Made by a program: the position numbers and the translations under genes. From Dicyema japonicum (taxonomy: Eukaryota > Animalia > Dicyemida), in the NCBI GenBank assembly GCA_011109175.1, contig RDEW01000061.1, forward strand, positions 1-64,000: a DNA stretch of 64,000 bases, written 5' to 3'. Under the pieces are notes generated by a model. The model saw only the letters and a program-made list of their open reading frames with translations, did not search any database and was not told the origin of the DNA. Below, in pieces: positions 12,001-25,071 of the stretch. The first letter of the stretch is position 1, and every line of letters starts with the position of its first letter.

Positions 12001-12020
12001 TCACCACCTCAACCAAAAAA
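9012..12020 (-). mobile_element. near full-length RTE-clade LINE (~3.0 kb; APE + RT), multiply frameshifted
   Basis: EN motifs VCCLQETKI, NQIDYII, SDHKLV; RT motifs GQSGFRTGRSTAD, GIDMSRAFDSV, YADD; RWSLFGHILR; (TAA)n tail at 9012-9027; candidate TSD AATAAGGG(G)TT at 9001-9011 and 12021-12030. Confidence 0.9.
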
Positions 12021-12071
12021 AATAAGGGTTAATAAATAAATAAATGCGAAATTTGCAAATATAGGTATTGT

Positions 12072-12870
12072 ATGTGTTGTTGCAATCGCAAGAAGCTAAT
12101 GCAAGTACTGGAGAGTATTCTAAACGAGGATGCATCACGTATGATCAGATTTTTACTCTCCAACACATCGCTAACAGTGCGTGTGGGAAATTACAACTCA
12201 ACAAGATTTAAAACCGACACCGGCGCACCACAGGGAGACTCGTTATCCTCGGTCCTATTCATAATATACCTGGAAGCAGGTCAAAGACCTCTCCGAAAAG
12301 TTGTTTCTCTAACGTGTTGGAAGTAATCTACGCCGATGATATTGATTTCGTCTAATGGGATATGGTGGAAACTACTAAAAGTGATCCATCAAGGCTTAGA
12401 GGACTGGTTCCTGGTAGTAAACCCAGACAAAACGGAAAGAACTTGCATATCCCGTTGCACGACGAGAAACGAATAAAGTGGAGAACATACAAGAAAATTG
12501 GATCTCTCCTCGGGGACTCGGAGGACGTTATTCACAGGAAAGTTCTGGCGGTTGCTTCTTTCAAAAAATTGTGGTCGATCTGGATGCGACGAAAGAACAT
12601 AGGCACTCGCCTTCGAATTCGGTTGTACAACTCCTCTACCGAATTTAATTCTATTTTATAACGCGGGGACCTGGGCCTAACCACCAAAGAACTTGAAAAC
12701 CTCAACTCTTTCCACAGAAAACAACTGCGACTTTCTCTGGAGTCTACTGGTCAAACCGGATAACCAACAACGAGCTATATAAAATTACTCAAACAACAAA
12801 GATTGGGAATAAAGTTACTTATGCGAAATGGCAGCTCTCTGGACATATCCTAAGAGCTTCGGAAATGGCT
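12072..12870 (+). mobile_element. RTE LINE RT C-terminal fragment
   Basis: GAPQGDSLSSVLFIIYLE, YADDIDFV, KKIGSLLGDSEDV, RIRLYN motifs. Confidence 0.8.
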
Positions 12871-13330
12871 CTGAAGAAAATGAGAATTTTAAAAGTCTTC
12901 TCAAAAACAATTAGAGACCAAACTGGTGGTCTTGCCACGATATATGAACAGCTAGGGTCAAAACTATACAAGTTATAGTCGACGAAGTGTGAGAATAAAC
13001 TACAGTTGACATTTTTGTAGTCTGGCCGTAACATTGTTTTCCTTTCAATGGACAATCTTCCTTTGAACGTGATGATAGGGTTATGGTCACTAGTAATGTC
13101 GCATAACACTGATAAATTGATTAGGACGGCAATTTTTGGGGAAGCAAACGTCAGGTCGGGAGAGGACGTCTATTTTTTCTCTGTAGGGGGTTCTTGTGTT
13201 AAATATGGGATTGTTTAATATTACAAATTGATTCAGCGTCGATAGCAGGTGGGTTCCTCTGGCGTCTTCCGATTGGTTTTTGAACCACATCGGATGTCTC
13301 GCCTTCAGGTCTCCACATACTAATAGGTTG
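12871..13330. mobile_element. patchwork of Vingi fragments (plus-strand RT tail 12871-12945; minus-strand endonuclease 12950-13330)
   Basis: 12871-12945 matches 33242-33320. 12950-13330 encodes CGDLKARHPMW and TSDHNPI and matches 2700-3050. Confidence 0.75.
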
Positions 13331-13360
13331 AATATATTATATCCTGTGGCTCCCTAAGTT

Positions 13361-15690
13361 TATTATATATTATTATTATTATAAAGCACAACGTCTTGCC
13401 ATTGGAAATGACAAAACCAGTGCAGTACCAAACATTAATTTTTTAGTTAATTTTCTCCACTTTCCACGATCCTGAGCCAAATCCCTCAAGTAATCCAGGT
13501 CATCTCCCGTAGTTAGAGATAATCCTATTCTCTTCAGGTCTTCATTCAGTGTCGTGGCCAGTGATGCTCTCGGACGTCCTCGGAAATTCACCTCCTCGGT
13601 TTGAAAGTATTCCTCCATGGCAACATTAGCTGAAGTTTCGATATTTCCCCGTAGGATGTGTCCAAATAGACTCCAACGAAATTCCATGATGTCTAGTGAA
13701 ATCGGTTTAGAAGTCGTAATAGAGTATAGTTCTTGACTTCTTGTTCTCATACGGTCCCCGCACGAATGAATCTTCCGTAGTTGTCCCCGATGGAAGGAGT
13801 TTAGTTTTTCAATGTCATTTAGGGTTAATGACCAAGAACATTGCATTATATAGGAGTATTGGTTTGACTAACGAATTGTATAGTCGAGTTCTGATCTCTC
13901 GATTCAAGCCCTTCTTTCTTAGAAACCAATTTCTTCTCAAGTTGTATAAGGCCGTATTTGCTTTAATCTTCCGTGCAATGATGTCTTCTTTATCTCCAAG
14001 CAGGGATCCCAGCTTTTTAACCTTTCGCCAATGCTCTTCCAGAATAGATTCCTTCCTCATCAAAGTTGTCAGCTCTGTCTTGTCTTTGTTGATATTTAGT
14101 GACCATTTTTCGAATACTCTTGGTGCCGTCTCGAGTAATCTCAATAGGGCCTCCCCATTTTGCGAGACGAAGTCCACATCATCTGCATAAGCTAGGATGC
14201 TAGTTCCCTCCACAATAAAAGGCTTGAGATCCCGTAGCGCAGACTCAAGATATGCAACAAAGAGGAGAGGAGACAATGGATCTCCTTGTGGAGTCCCAGT
14301 ATTTGTCGAAAATGGCATGGCTTGAGTATTTCCAATTTTAACAGTTAGTTGTGTTTCAGCCAGTAGTGCCCTAATCATCGAAACTGACGAGGCGTCGAAT
14401 AGACCCGTGATTGATTCCAATAGTTTACAACGGTTAACTGAATCAAACGCTTTCGATATGTCAATCCCAAGGATCCCAAAAGATGTTCTAAATCTTTGAA
14501 TTGTTGAACATCTCCATTTTAGGCTCCATAAGACGTCTGCCGTTGATCTCCCCTCGCGGAATCCACTATGGTATGGTGAAAGATAGGCTTCCAAATTCTC
14601 TCTTACACGTTCGAGAGTGATAATAGCCAGGATCTTCCTGATAACATTCATTAGGATGATCGGTCTCAAGTTTGTTACTTTTCCTTTCGGCTTATTTGGT
14701 TTGGGAACCGGAATCAAATAACCCTCTTTAATGGGTAACAACACACGTTCTTCAAACATTTTGTTCATGGTCAACGCAATGATTTCGTAGAGGTAGTCAC
14801 CGCCGTTTTTGAATAGTTCAGGACGTAGTCCATCCGGGCCCGCACTTTTATCAGGTTTCAGCCTTTCACATGCTAATTTCACCTCATGAGGTGCAATTTT
14901 CATTCCCAGTTCACCAGATCCACAAATGAATGCCGAAATCACATTCTGAGTCGTATTTAGCCCCGACCTGAAGTGATCAGTAACCAACTCGGCAATTTCA
15001 GATGGGTTCATTGTCTTCCATTTTGGTCGTATAATATAGGGGTACTCTTCTTATTGTGACATTTAAGTAGCCTAACGGCTTCGTAGTATCCCCTGTTACC
15101 TTCCAGGTGCTCTAATTTGTTTAAGGCATCACATCTAGTAGCAGTCCTCACAGCTTTCTTTATTGACTTATGTATTCTTGCTTTTTCTTTTCTGAGTTCA
15201 TCTATTGTAAATTTATTCATAGTTTTCTTTTCCTGTATTTGCAGTCGAATTTGCCTCTGCAGTTTGATTAGATTAGAGATATCTTGACTTGCACTATTCA
15301 CATTTATCCAGCTTGGAATCTCTATATACATTTCATCATATGTTTTATGCATCGCCATTGATACGTTTTTCCATACGTTTAAACATGATTGGTTCGTGTT
15401 AATATTCTCCAATTTGTTGGTTATTCGTTTTCTGTATATCTCCTTAATTTGTGGATCTGAGGAATTAATAGTCTTATTGTAGGCGTATTTTTTGGGTGGG
15501 TAGTATATTTGGAGTGTTTGTAATAGCTTACTCGAAATTTCGCAATGACCATCTTATGGTCAGTGTCAATGGACGAACCTCCGTAAGATCTCGCATTTGT
15601 CAATAATCTCTTATCTTTGCATATTTTGGTTGAGCTGGTGACGTGGCTCCAATAAAGTATACCTAAGTTTACCAACGATAAAACTATTTA
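13361..15690 (-). mobile_element. RTE LINE, 5'-truncated within the endonuclease; 398-aa RT ORF at 13815-15011
   Basis: LRPIILMN, SGFREGRSTAD, GIDISKAFDSV, GTPQGDPLSP, AYADD, RWSLFGHILR, (TAA)n tail at 13361-13383, and EN end DTDHKMV. Confidence 0.92.
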
Positions 15691-15780
15691 CTAAGTATAG
15701 ACAATATTTGTTAGTATCCAAATTAAATAAATTATTAAAAAAACATAAGAAACAATTTATATCCCATTATTATTATCGCG

Positions 15781-16092
15781 TGGCGCCATGTGGTGTGACG
15801 TGGATAGTTGATTGAAGTTTCAGTTTTGTTCGTCTGTTCCTCCTCTTTCTTTTTATTAGAGTGGCGTCATGTGATCCACCTTTCTAGGTGGCGCCCAGTG
15901 CCAGGCCGGCACGAAAAAGGATCATTTGCTCTTCCCCACTCCACTGGAGGTGTTTCCACAATTGCAACTATGGACGTCTTTTATCTCTATGTTGATTCCG
16001 GATGGACTCTGTTTCTGTAGAAGTGGAAACTGGATACATTTAATTAGCTGTTTACTTTGACTTTTTTCTCGGTGTGTCCAGGGTAAAAAAAA
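15781..16092 (+). mobile_element. SINE-like family B copy (putative Vingi-mobilised non-autonomous element)
   Basis: Homologous along its length to 63153-63482. 5'-truncated copy at 40563-40716 (-) and partial copy at 21365-21446. The 3' end CTCGGTGT.TCC.GGGT precedes an A/TAA tail. Confidence 0.75.
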
Positions 16093-16339
16093 CGTGGATA
16101 GTTGTAGTTTCCCTTCATTCCGATGGCATTACTGGATCCACTTTACTGAGGAGGCGCCCAATGCCTGGTCGGCATCAAGAAGATCCAACAATTCTTCCCG
16201 GGACAACCTGGTGACAAGTTCTGGAATTCTTGAACGAGTCAGGATCGAGGAGTTAGTTAGTTTGGTTACCCTTGCTCTTTGGAAATAATTTTAATTTAAT
16301 TTTTTTAACTTAGCTAATATGACAATGATAATTACCTCT

Positions 16340-17720
16340 AAAATATGACAACAAGTTTATTCCTCGTTCTTGTAAGTAATGCTAGTTTACTGAAGCCACA
16401 TTTTACAAAATAGGTTGATGGAAAAGCAAAAAAAACGTTGAGCTCTCATCCAGATTAGGATATTTATTTTAAATCAGTGTATATCCAAAAATTTATTTGA
16501 TGGTTATCGAAAGCTTGAATTACAGATGGTCAGATTGCAAATCTATTATTTCTTCTTGTATCTCGATCTGAACTGTGGAAGGTTTTACACTGAAAGGATC
16601 AATAATCCATGGTGGAATAACTAAGTTGAAGAGATCATTATATCGTGTTTGAAAATCGTTGTACATATTTTAAGATGATAAATGTAAACTTGTAAATCCT
16701 CTTCCTTAAGAGTATTTTGTATTTTCGATAAATTTTGAAATTGTGATAACTCGTTGCTTTCGATATTAATACAATAAAGTTCAAGTTTTGTTTAATAGCC
16801 AACCTTGCAATGAATGGTTTGATATTTTTTCGTTTGTCGTTTTTTTTAAGTTCGTTTAATTTTTCGAAAATATCATCCAAATAAGATATATCGGCTTTAG
16901 CAGTAATAAGTTTTTCATTGAAACCTTTATTTTTCATAAACAAAACTACTGAGTCACAAAGAGAAACAAAACGATTCAGATAAATTCCTTTTGAAAGCCA
17001 CTCTACAGTTATGTGCAGAACTAATGTTGTAAAATTTTCATCATTTTCTTCACATAATAATTGAAAAAGATGATCTTGGAGTGAATGAGATTTTTATATA
17101 ATTGACAGAAAAAGAAATAACAAAACGACATCCCAAATTTTAGCGATTAAATGTTGTTGCTGAATAACACAGTGATTGGTAAAAATAGATGGTACACGAG
17201 ATTTTAAGTATGCCAAGCATCCTCTGTATTTACCAACAACCATAGAAGCAACGCCGTCAGTGGCACATGCAATTATGTTCTCAAGAGGAATATTATTCAA
17301 ACAAAAGTATGCTTCAATTTCATTAAACAGTGACACCCCCTTTGTATCACTTGTAATCTTTCTTGCATTTCTTCAATAATTTCACTGCCATTCCAAAACT
17401 TTAAATATGGCATAAAAGGAGAACCGCTATCTAGCAATGTAGTTTCGTCAATAAGTTTACACATTATGTATGATTTGATTAAACCTAAAATGTAAGACAT
17501 TATAGAATGTGAAATTTATTACCTAAATTCTGTTTTCGTCGAGTTTAAACAAATATTGGAAAAAGTTTTTGCTTTCGTATACGCAAAAACCGACATTGTG
17601 GAAATCAAGAGAATGGAAAGCAGATCAAGTGAAACATAGCAATAAAGAACAAACTTGGCTCTTTACTTGGAGACAATCAATTATCTTTCAGTTTTATATA
17701 AAGAGCAGCCAGTAGTTGTT
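16340..17720 (-). mobile_element. hAT (Buster/Charlie, ZBED5/8-like) transposase remnant
   Basis: ACATDGVASMVVGKYRG...HCVIQQQHLIAK, EWLSKG..L.RFVSL and LDE motifs, with stops and frameshifts. Confidence 0.8.
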
Positions 17721-18062
17721 AACAGTTAATTTTTGCGTTAAATAATTGTCTTGATAAAAAAATCTAAAATTATAATCAGTTAACAGCCGGAGGTATTAAG
17801 AAAAGGATATAACAAGGAATGGGAACATGTATTTTCAATAGATTTCTGTGGAGTGCTTAGTCCAGGTACTATGGACTCCTTCGAAACAATCGACCAACTT
17901 ACAGAAACACTTAGAACTGACCCGAAAATGAAATAAATATTAGGTAAATTATTTGCGAAAAAAATTATAAAATATTAAATATAATTATTACATTTATAAT
18001 ATTTAATAATATAAACTGATTATTTAATTTCGCCTTGCTCTAGTTAAATTCGTTATCGATAA

Positions 18063-20847
18063 ATGCACAAAAATGTTGGAATGGAAAACTTAATACACGT
18101 AATTAATAAAATTCATGATTCATTTGCCGTATCTTCGATCCCATGCAACATCGACTTACCTCAAATTGTAGTTGTTGGGTGTCAAAGTGCTGGGAAAAGC
18201 AGCGTATTGGAAAACATAGTGGGAAAGTCTTCGTTTTTACTCATTTTAGGGAATTTCTTCCACGGGGAAGTGGTATTGTCACTCGGAGGCCATTAGTTTT
18301 ACAACTAGTGAACTCAGATGAAGAATATGGTAAATTTTTGCATACTCAAGAAATATTTCACAATTTCGACGCAATAAGAAGAGAAATTCAAGAAGAAACA
18401 AACCGTACATGTGGTAAAGAAAAGACTGTGTCAAATGTTAGCATAAACTTGAAGATATGTTCACCTTCTAGTAATTTTTTGATAAACAAAATAGTGATAA
18501 ATTTAACGTTAGTTGACCTACCAGGTATAACAAAAGTGGCAACCGGAGGACAGAGTGATAACATTGTCGGAATGATCAGAGAAATGGTGTTAAAGTTCAT
18601 AAAAAGTGAAAACTCGTTAATATTGGCCGTGAGTCCGGCAAACACAGATTTGGCAAATTCAGATGCCCTTCAAATAGCTAAAGAAGTAGATCCTGAAGGG
18701 AAGAGAACAATAGGAGTGATAACAAAAATTGATATGATGGATACTGAGACTAACGCTCGTGAAATATTAGAAAATAGAGTGTTTCCCCTTCAAAGAGGTA
18801 TTATTTTATACGAATTTAAGGATTTGTTGGGGTTATAAATCGAAGTCAAAAAGAGATCGAACAAAAACTTCCAATAGATAAATCTCTAATTAAAGAGAGT
18901 GAATTCTTCAGAAATCACAGTGCTTACAGGTTGTAACATGCATGTAATCAGACATATGGCTGATCGAATGGGAACGATATTTCTTCAAAAATATTTGAAT
19001 TCCCAACTTTACCAACATATTCTACATGTTTTGCCTTCTCTTGATAAAGCAATATCTGACCAACTTTCACTTTTGCAACCGCAAGTAAATGAAATAGAAT
19101 CAAAAGGGGGCAAAATGTCACATAAAGAAATAATGACGTTAATTGTATTATTTAATTTTAGAACTATTTCTAAATTTTCAAATATGATGAAAGACTCTTT
19201 AATTTCCTCTAGTTCTTCGATAGACACTAAAACGCTCTCTGTTGGTGCCGCTATTAACCATCATTTTTATAAAAATTTCCCTTCTAGTTTGGAAAATCTT
19301 CTCAAAACTGAAAGAATTGATCTTAATAATAAAATACGGATTTCAATACAAAATGTCCACGGAGTTAAGTTTATTTGTTTTCTTTTTTAAAGGACTGGCC
19401 TTAATAAACCTGATTCTGCTTTTGAGATGATTGTTAAGATGGAAATTGAAAAGACTTTTGATGCTACAGTAAGCTGTCTTGATAAGGTTTACAGTCTTGT
19501 CAATTCTACTGTGGACACTTATCTCAATATGGTAAACGCTATAATTAATATAGTTGAGAGAATACCCAAATTTGAAAACTTTAGTCCATGATCTTATTCG
19601 TAATAAGATGGACTTGTATTATAGACAAACTCTTGGCCAATTGAAACTAACTGTCGATATTCACAAAAGCTATATAAACACAAATCATCCTGATTTTATT
19701 GCTAATGTCGGGTAAAATTTATTATTGATAAAAATAGAAAAGAAGATAACAGTGATAATTCTTCCTGTTATATTTAAATATTTATTTTTAGTAAAAAGAG
19801 GATTCGTCGCTATTAGCAATTTATCATCAAATAAAAATAAACCGGTTCAATATTACGCTGTTATATCTAATGAGAATGTTGTTTTATATAAAGATGAAGA
19901 TGTAATGTTATTTACTCATATTTAGGAAAAGGACAAAAAAGTATCACTAATTCCTCAAAAACTCAGATATAAACTAAATCAGTATGGACAAAATTCTATT
20001 TCATTATTCGGCAATGATGAGAAGTTTATAAAGTTTAATATTAGGACTATATTATTTAAAAATATGAATTATTTACAACTGGAATTTTCCGATTTTGATG
20101 AATGGTCAGAATGGTTATCAGTTTTGGTGGAAGCTGGAATTAAACCGTACGATACTTATCATCAGGTTTGAGTGTCTATTATTATAGACAATTTTTGATT
20201 TGGAAAGTGCAACTATGACTGTGAGCAATTACGTTGAATCGTATAAAAGTGTTTTCAAAAAAATAATGAATGATGTAGTTCCTAAAACTATTTATCATGG
20301 ATTTCTCCTTAATGTTATATTTTATATTATTTATAGCTTGTAGAATATCTTAATATTGAATTGCTTGGTGAAATTTATTCTCGTGATTCGATTGTATGTT
20401 TTCTTTAATATTATAGGATAATATTTTTAAGCAATCTTCTGAAGTAGTTGCTCGTAACAAGGAGATTTTAACACTATTTAAAGCAAACAAAGAGGCGAAA
20501 GCTTACATAAGGGATATACTTTCTGATGTTTCTGAAATTTCTGATTCATTATACGTTCCTAAACCAATCATAACTAATGATCCTCAAACTGTTACATTCA
20601 GTAATCCATCTCTTTCAAATATTACTAGTACAACTAATTCAATGTATGTCATTACATTTATTATTTTTACAGCGAACCAAATATCAAACCTCCTGCCATA
20701 CCATCCAGATCTAACAATCCAAATTTTCCTTTACCTCCTTCAAATGTTTTAAAGGATTCCGACAGGTTTTTTTTCATATATTTTTTAGAAATCCTCCTTC
20801 TCTCCCTGCGTAATTTAATTTTTAATTTTAGACGTCCTCGAAGATAG
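18063..20847 (+). CDS. DNM1: classical dynamin (GTPase, middle, PH, GED, proline-rich domain); many micro-introns
   Basis: [47 protein letters not shown]; PH-like exons at 19790-20140; GED VESY...DVVPKTI; C-terminal PAIPSR...PPSLPARPRR*. First intron 18227-18249 (23 nt). Orthologue assignment within DNM1/2/3 is not resolvable. Confidence 0.93.
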
Positions 20848-20999
20848 ACATTATTTATTCGGGCTAATTTTTCTAATAATATTTTACTAAATCCTTTTAT
20901 TCTGATATTTTAAAACTTATAAGTATGATATGATATTTTAAGTGTTTATTTCGTAATTTTGTGTAGTTTTTTAATTAAGAATTAACCAAGTAAATAGAA

Positions 21000-21260
21000 A
21001 AAATCAATACCTTCCAAAAAAATGGCCAGTATGGCTTTGCAAAGGTTTTCTTGGACACCTCTAAACCCTACACCTTTTGAGGAATTAGTGAGGAGCCTTA
21101 CTACCCTTCAAAAAAGTTAGAAACCCCCACCCAATCCGGAAATGCGTTGGAACCCGGGAAGAACACCGAGCAAGAATCAGGTGGCTACTCGAGGCGGCCG
21201 GAATCATTTGATGGCTATGTAGTTATTTAATTTGTCGGTGATTTTTGGTTATTAATAATA
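21000..21260 (+). mobile_element. Vingi-like 3' fragment with (TAA)n tail
   Basis: CCCGGGAAGAACACCGAGCAAG resembles GGGAGGAGCATCGAGCCAAG of J2 3' ends; ends TTATTAATAATAATAA. Confidence 0.45.
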
Positions 21261-21364
21261 ATAAAGTAGTTTAGTAATTTGTATGTCATATCAATTTCAA
21301 TACTCAGTGGATTTGATTCCCCATACAGGCTATTTATTGAAGATTTCTCATATTTTTCTCCATT

Positions 21365-21446
21365 CCTTCTCTCCTTGTTATCCTAGAGTGGCGTCATCTG
21401 ATCCATCAATCTTTGGTGCTTCCCAGTGGCAGATCATTCTAGTTAG
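21365..21446 (+). repeat. partial SINE-like family B copy
   Basis: Pyrimidine tract followed by CTAGAGTGGCGTCAT.TGATCC...GATCA, as in 15858 and 63230. Confidence 0.55.
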
Positions 21447-21960
21447 TGTATGTTGAAGACAAGAGGCGCAAACAGAAGAGACGGATCAAACCAAATCGAA
21501 TGTCGTCCTCGATTGCTCCAGAAGTCAATTAGAAGGGCAAGAGGTTGTACCCAGTCTTGCTGATCCTGGGATCCAAAATGGGATAATTTTCTCGGACACG
21601 AGTTGGCTAAGACAGAGGAGGCATTGGAGAAGATAAGAGGTTTTTTACTCAAAGTCAAAGTCAGCTGGAAAAGTGGCGAGAGTTAAAAAGGGATGTCTTT
21701 CGATTTAGTTTGTAATAATTCAGATGCTATAAGTTTGGGCAATAAAAGCAAATGATTCCGAGCTTCCTCTGATTTTGCAGATGCAGGCCGTTTCTGAAGA
21801 GAAGGGGTCCAATGGTTTGACGTTGTGAATTTTGTTTCTTTAGGGACCACAACAACCATTTTGTTTCTCGGTGGAACGATGTTTATTCCACTTGGTGTGG
21901 AGAGTTCAGGTGCTATGGAACCGTCGATAGTTGAATTTCTGATGGTCAAATTTCCATCCT
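21447..21960 (-). mobile_element. degenerate CRE-clade 5' ORF fragment
   Basis: IPFWIPGSARL...W...LLFAPLVFNI parallels RIPRPVRI...W.KLLSFAPMALGIP of the CRE element at ~39000-39100. Confidence 0.45.
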
Positions 21961-22532
21961 TTGTGAACGATCCTGACTATTTAAGCGAGTTTTTCTATGA
22001 GGAAATAGGGCCTTAATTATACTTTTTTTGATAAATAAACTAATTTATCGGCTAAAAAATTACGATAATTGTGCTAATTAACAAAATGATTTTTGACCAA
22101 TTAACCAATGAACTTAGTCAATGTTAAAATTACGATTAATATAATTATAGGAGGTGTGTTGCTTGGGATTCAACGTGCACGGACACTTTTTCTAAATTTA
22201 TTAACTCTTTGTTGCACGCTAGTTCCGCAGTAGGAAAAAGTACCACAGCATCATGGACCGGTTCATTTTCCAGCCGACCTCCGTTGAGATTTCTGGCGTT
22301 ATTTGGCCGAGCATGTCAGATTTTATCAGGTTAATCGGACGGCTTGTGAGGAAGCGGAAGGGCAAACCTAGACTTTTCAAGAACATTTGGCTTGCGATTA
22401 TGAGTACTAATTCCCATTTTGTGCTCAATGCCTGCAGGCCATAATGGAGACATGCTATAAAATTTTTACGTTATGTTAATAAATTGTTTTCAACCAAAAA
22501 TATATAAATACAGTTCAACCCCTGCACCCAAA

Positions 22533-24900
22533 ATTATTATTAATTATTAAAAAGCACTTTCACAGAACCAAAAAACGTTACATTACTCAAGGTCCCGTTA
22601 GTGCCGCACGTTTCACAATCTGCTTCACTAGGCGTCTCCATCGCCCTCTACTTTGCGCATCTGTCCTTAGATTTAAGATTTCTTCTAATCCCATTAAGAT
22701 CCTTGTTCAGAGCCACGGGTAGAGTGACTCTGGGTCTTCTTCTGAATGATCGTTTGTTCTCATTGTTAAAGTAATTGTCCATTATTATATTTGTAGGGGC
22801 GTTTATGTCCATTCTGAGCACGTGCCCAAACAGTCTCCACCTTGATTCAATAATGTCGATGCTTGTTGGCCTCGATTGTGCCACAGAGTATAATTTCTTA
22901 TTTGAAATCTTCTTGGGCCAACCTAGGCCCATTAAATTGCGTAATTGTTTGCGATGAAATATATCCATTTTCTTGAGCTCTAGCTCTGTGACCCCCCATA
23001 TACCCGAGTTGTTCATAAGCACCGTTTTTATATATGCGTTGTATAGTCTTATTCGTAGATTTGTTTTATTATCTTCTGCATTTTCTTATACATGGCAATA
23101 GCTAGAACTCTTCTATACATCATGTCCTCACTATCACCAATAAGGATCCCAATTTCCTTTTTTCCTCCAATTTTTATCAATATATTTTGATTCCCTTGTG
23201 ATTCTTATGTGTTCAGTCTTTTCCTGATTTACTCGCAAAGACCAATTCTTAAATTCTCCAGGGATTTTCTCTAAAGCAAGTCCATGTTCCAGATCATTTT
23301 CTGACACAAAATCTATGTATATGCGTATATAATTCCCATCGGCATGCATCCTTCATATTTTGTTCTAAGAGCTCTCAATGCCGCTTCCAGGTACACGACA
23401 AATAGAACCGGAGATGAGAGTCTTCCTGAGGTATTCCAACTATTTTCCCGAAAGGCTTCGATGTTGTGTTCCCAACTCGTACAGTTAATTTAGTGTTCGA
23501 TATTAGGAAACGGACAAGTCTTGTGTTATCCTCATCAAGAAAACTCCCAGCAACGTCCAACAATGTTTTTCTGTTGACAGTGTTAAACGCACTGGACATG
23601 TCCACTCCCAAAATCTTAAAATCACTCCTGTATCGTTGACACATGGCACATATCCACCTGTGGGACCAAACAGCATCTGCGGTCGAGCGTCCCTTTCTTA
23701 ACCCACTCTGTCCCGGCGACAAAAATTCATAAACATCAGAAGAAATCCGACTAAGAGCTATCAGAGATAGTATCTTCCTCAATGATCCCAGTGATATCAC
23801 AGGTCTTAGATTTTTTATCGGTCCCTTGCTCTTTCCTGGAATATGCAGAGGAATCAAAATTCCATCATCATGTTTCAAGATGGAATGCGTCTCAAATACC
23901 TTATTGAAAATCTTTGTAATGAAAGTTGTCAGTTTGCCTGGTGCATACTTGATCAATTCTCCATGTATGTTGTCTGGTCCCACTGCCCTGTTGTTGTTTA
24001 ATTTAATGATTGCCAGGTTAGTTTCCTCTGTAGATATCGGTAGATTCAGGCTTATTGGTGATTTCTCAAATGACTCCACATCTGAGGTTTCATTTTTATT
24101 CAAAAGTCCTGAAAAATGTTCGGCAATAATCTCAGTTTTTTTCTTTATTGATAATGATCCAATTTCATGATCGAAGACCCCTTTAAATCCTGCCGGCCTT
24201 TTTTCCCCAAGCACGTCGAAACTTGCCTTCTTTATTCCATCAACAGTAGCATTCCAAATCATCTCTGGGGAATTTTCCATATTTATGTTCACAATCTCCT
24301 TCTTAATTGCCATACAATAATCATCACTCGTCTTCTCACATAAGCATAATTTTTCCACAATAAAGCATAATTTTTTTCCAAAGATAAGCTCTCTTCTTTC
24401 TAGCTCCATCTATTCCGAAATATCTTTTTATTCTGAAACGTGCAACCAGCAGTTTATGATAACTATAAGTTATGGTACCTCCATAGCTGCGGGAGTCTGT
24501 TAGTAAAACACGAAGAGATCTTTTACAAATAACATAATCAATCTGGTTGTATATCCAAACATAGTCACCATTTCCATCCTTTCTGAGTCCAGTCCACGTA
24601 GTCTTATGCTCGCATTCTGATCGAATGCAGAATTACAAATGAAGTAGTCAAACATGTTACAAAATTGCACGAGCGATTCTCCTGACATATTCCTCCTCCG
24701 TGGCATGTCTACCCATACAGTATCCCACTTTAGCATTCCAATCACCACACAGAAAGGTCATAAACGAGCCTTTGAGATCAGAGATGGTATCCGTTAGTGA
24801 CATATAAAGCAGATCAAGTTCATCAGGATTCGTAGAAACCCTTATGGATAGCCACATACACTTGCAATCGCAGACAAAGAAAGACTCTATCTACCAAAAA
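22533..24900 (-). mobile_element. RTE LINE (partial EN + RT + 3' end), frameshifted
   Basis: FLCGDWNAKVG, LRPVISL, GQSGLRKGRSTAD, GVDMSSAFNTV, GIPQ, RWRLFGHVLR; 3' end GTGAAAGTGCTTTTT(AAT)n near 22533-22565. Confidence 0.88.
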
Positions 24901-25071
24901 TAAATTTGGAAGAGGCCTCGAGTCTGTCAGTAACAAAACAGAACGAATGCTCCTCGATTTTATGGTGACTTGAACATAGCGCAAATTACTGCCTAAGAAG
25001 AGCAGAAATACTACGGGATATTAATTAAAAGAAAACACACATGACCACGATCGTAGAATTCATTTCCCGAA

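Noticed and set aside
9012-12020. Programmed frameshifting in LINE ORFs
   Set aside because: Breaks are numerous, at non-conserved positions and often in homopolymers; decay or consensus error is simpler.
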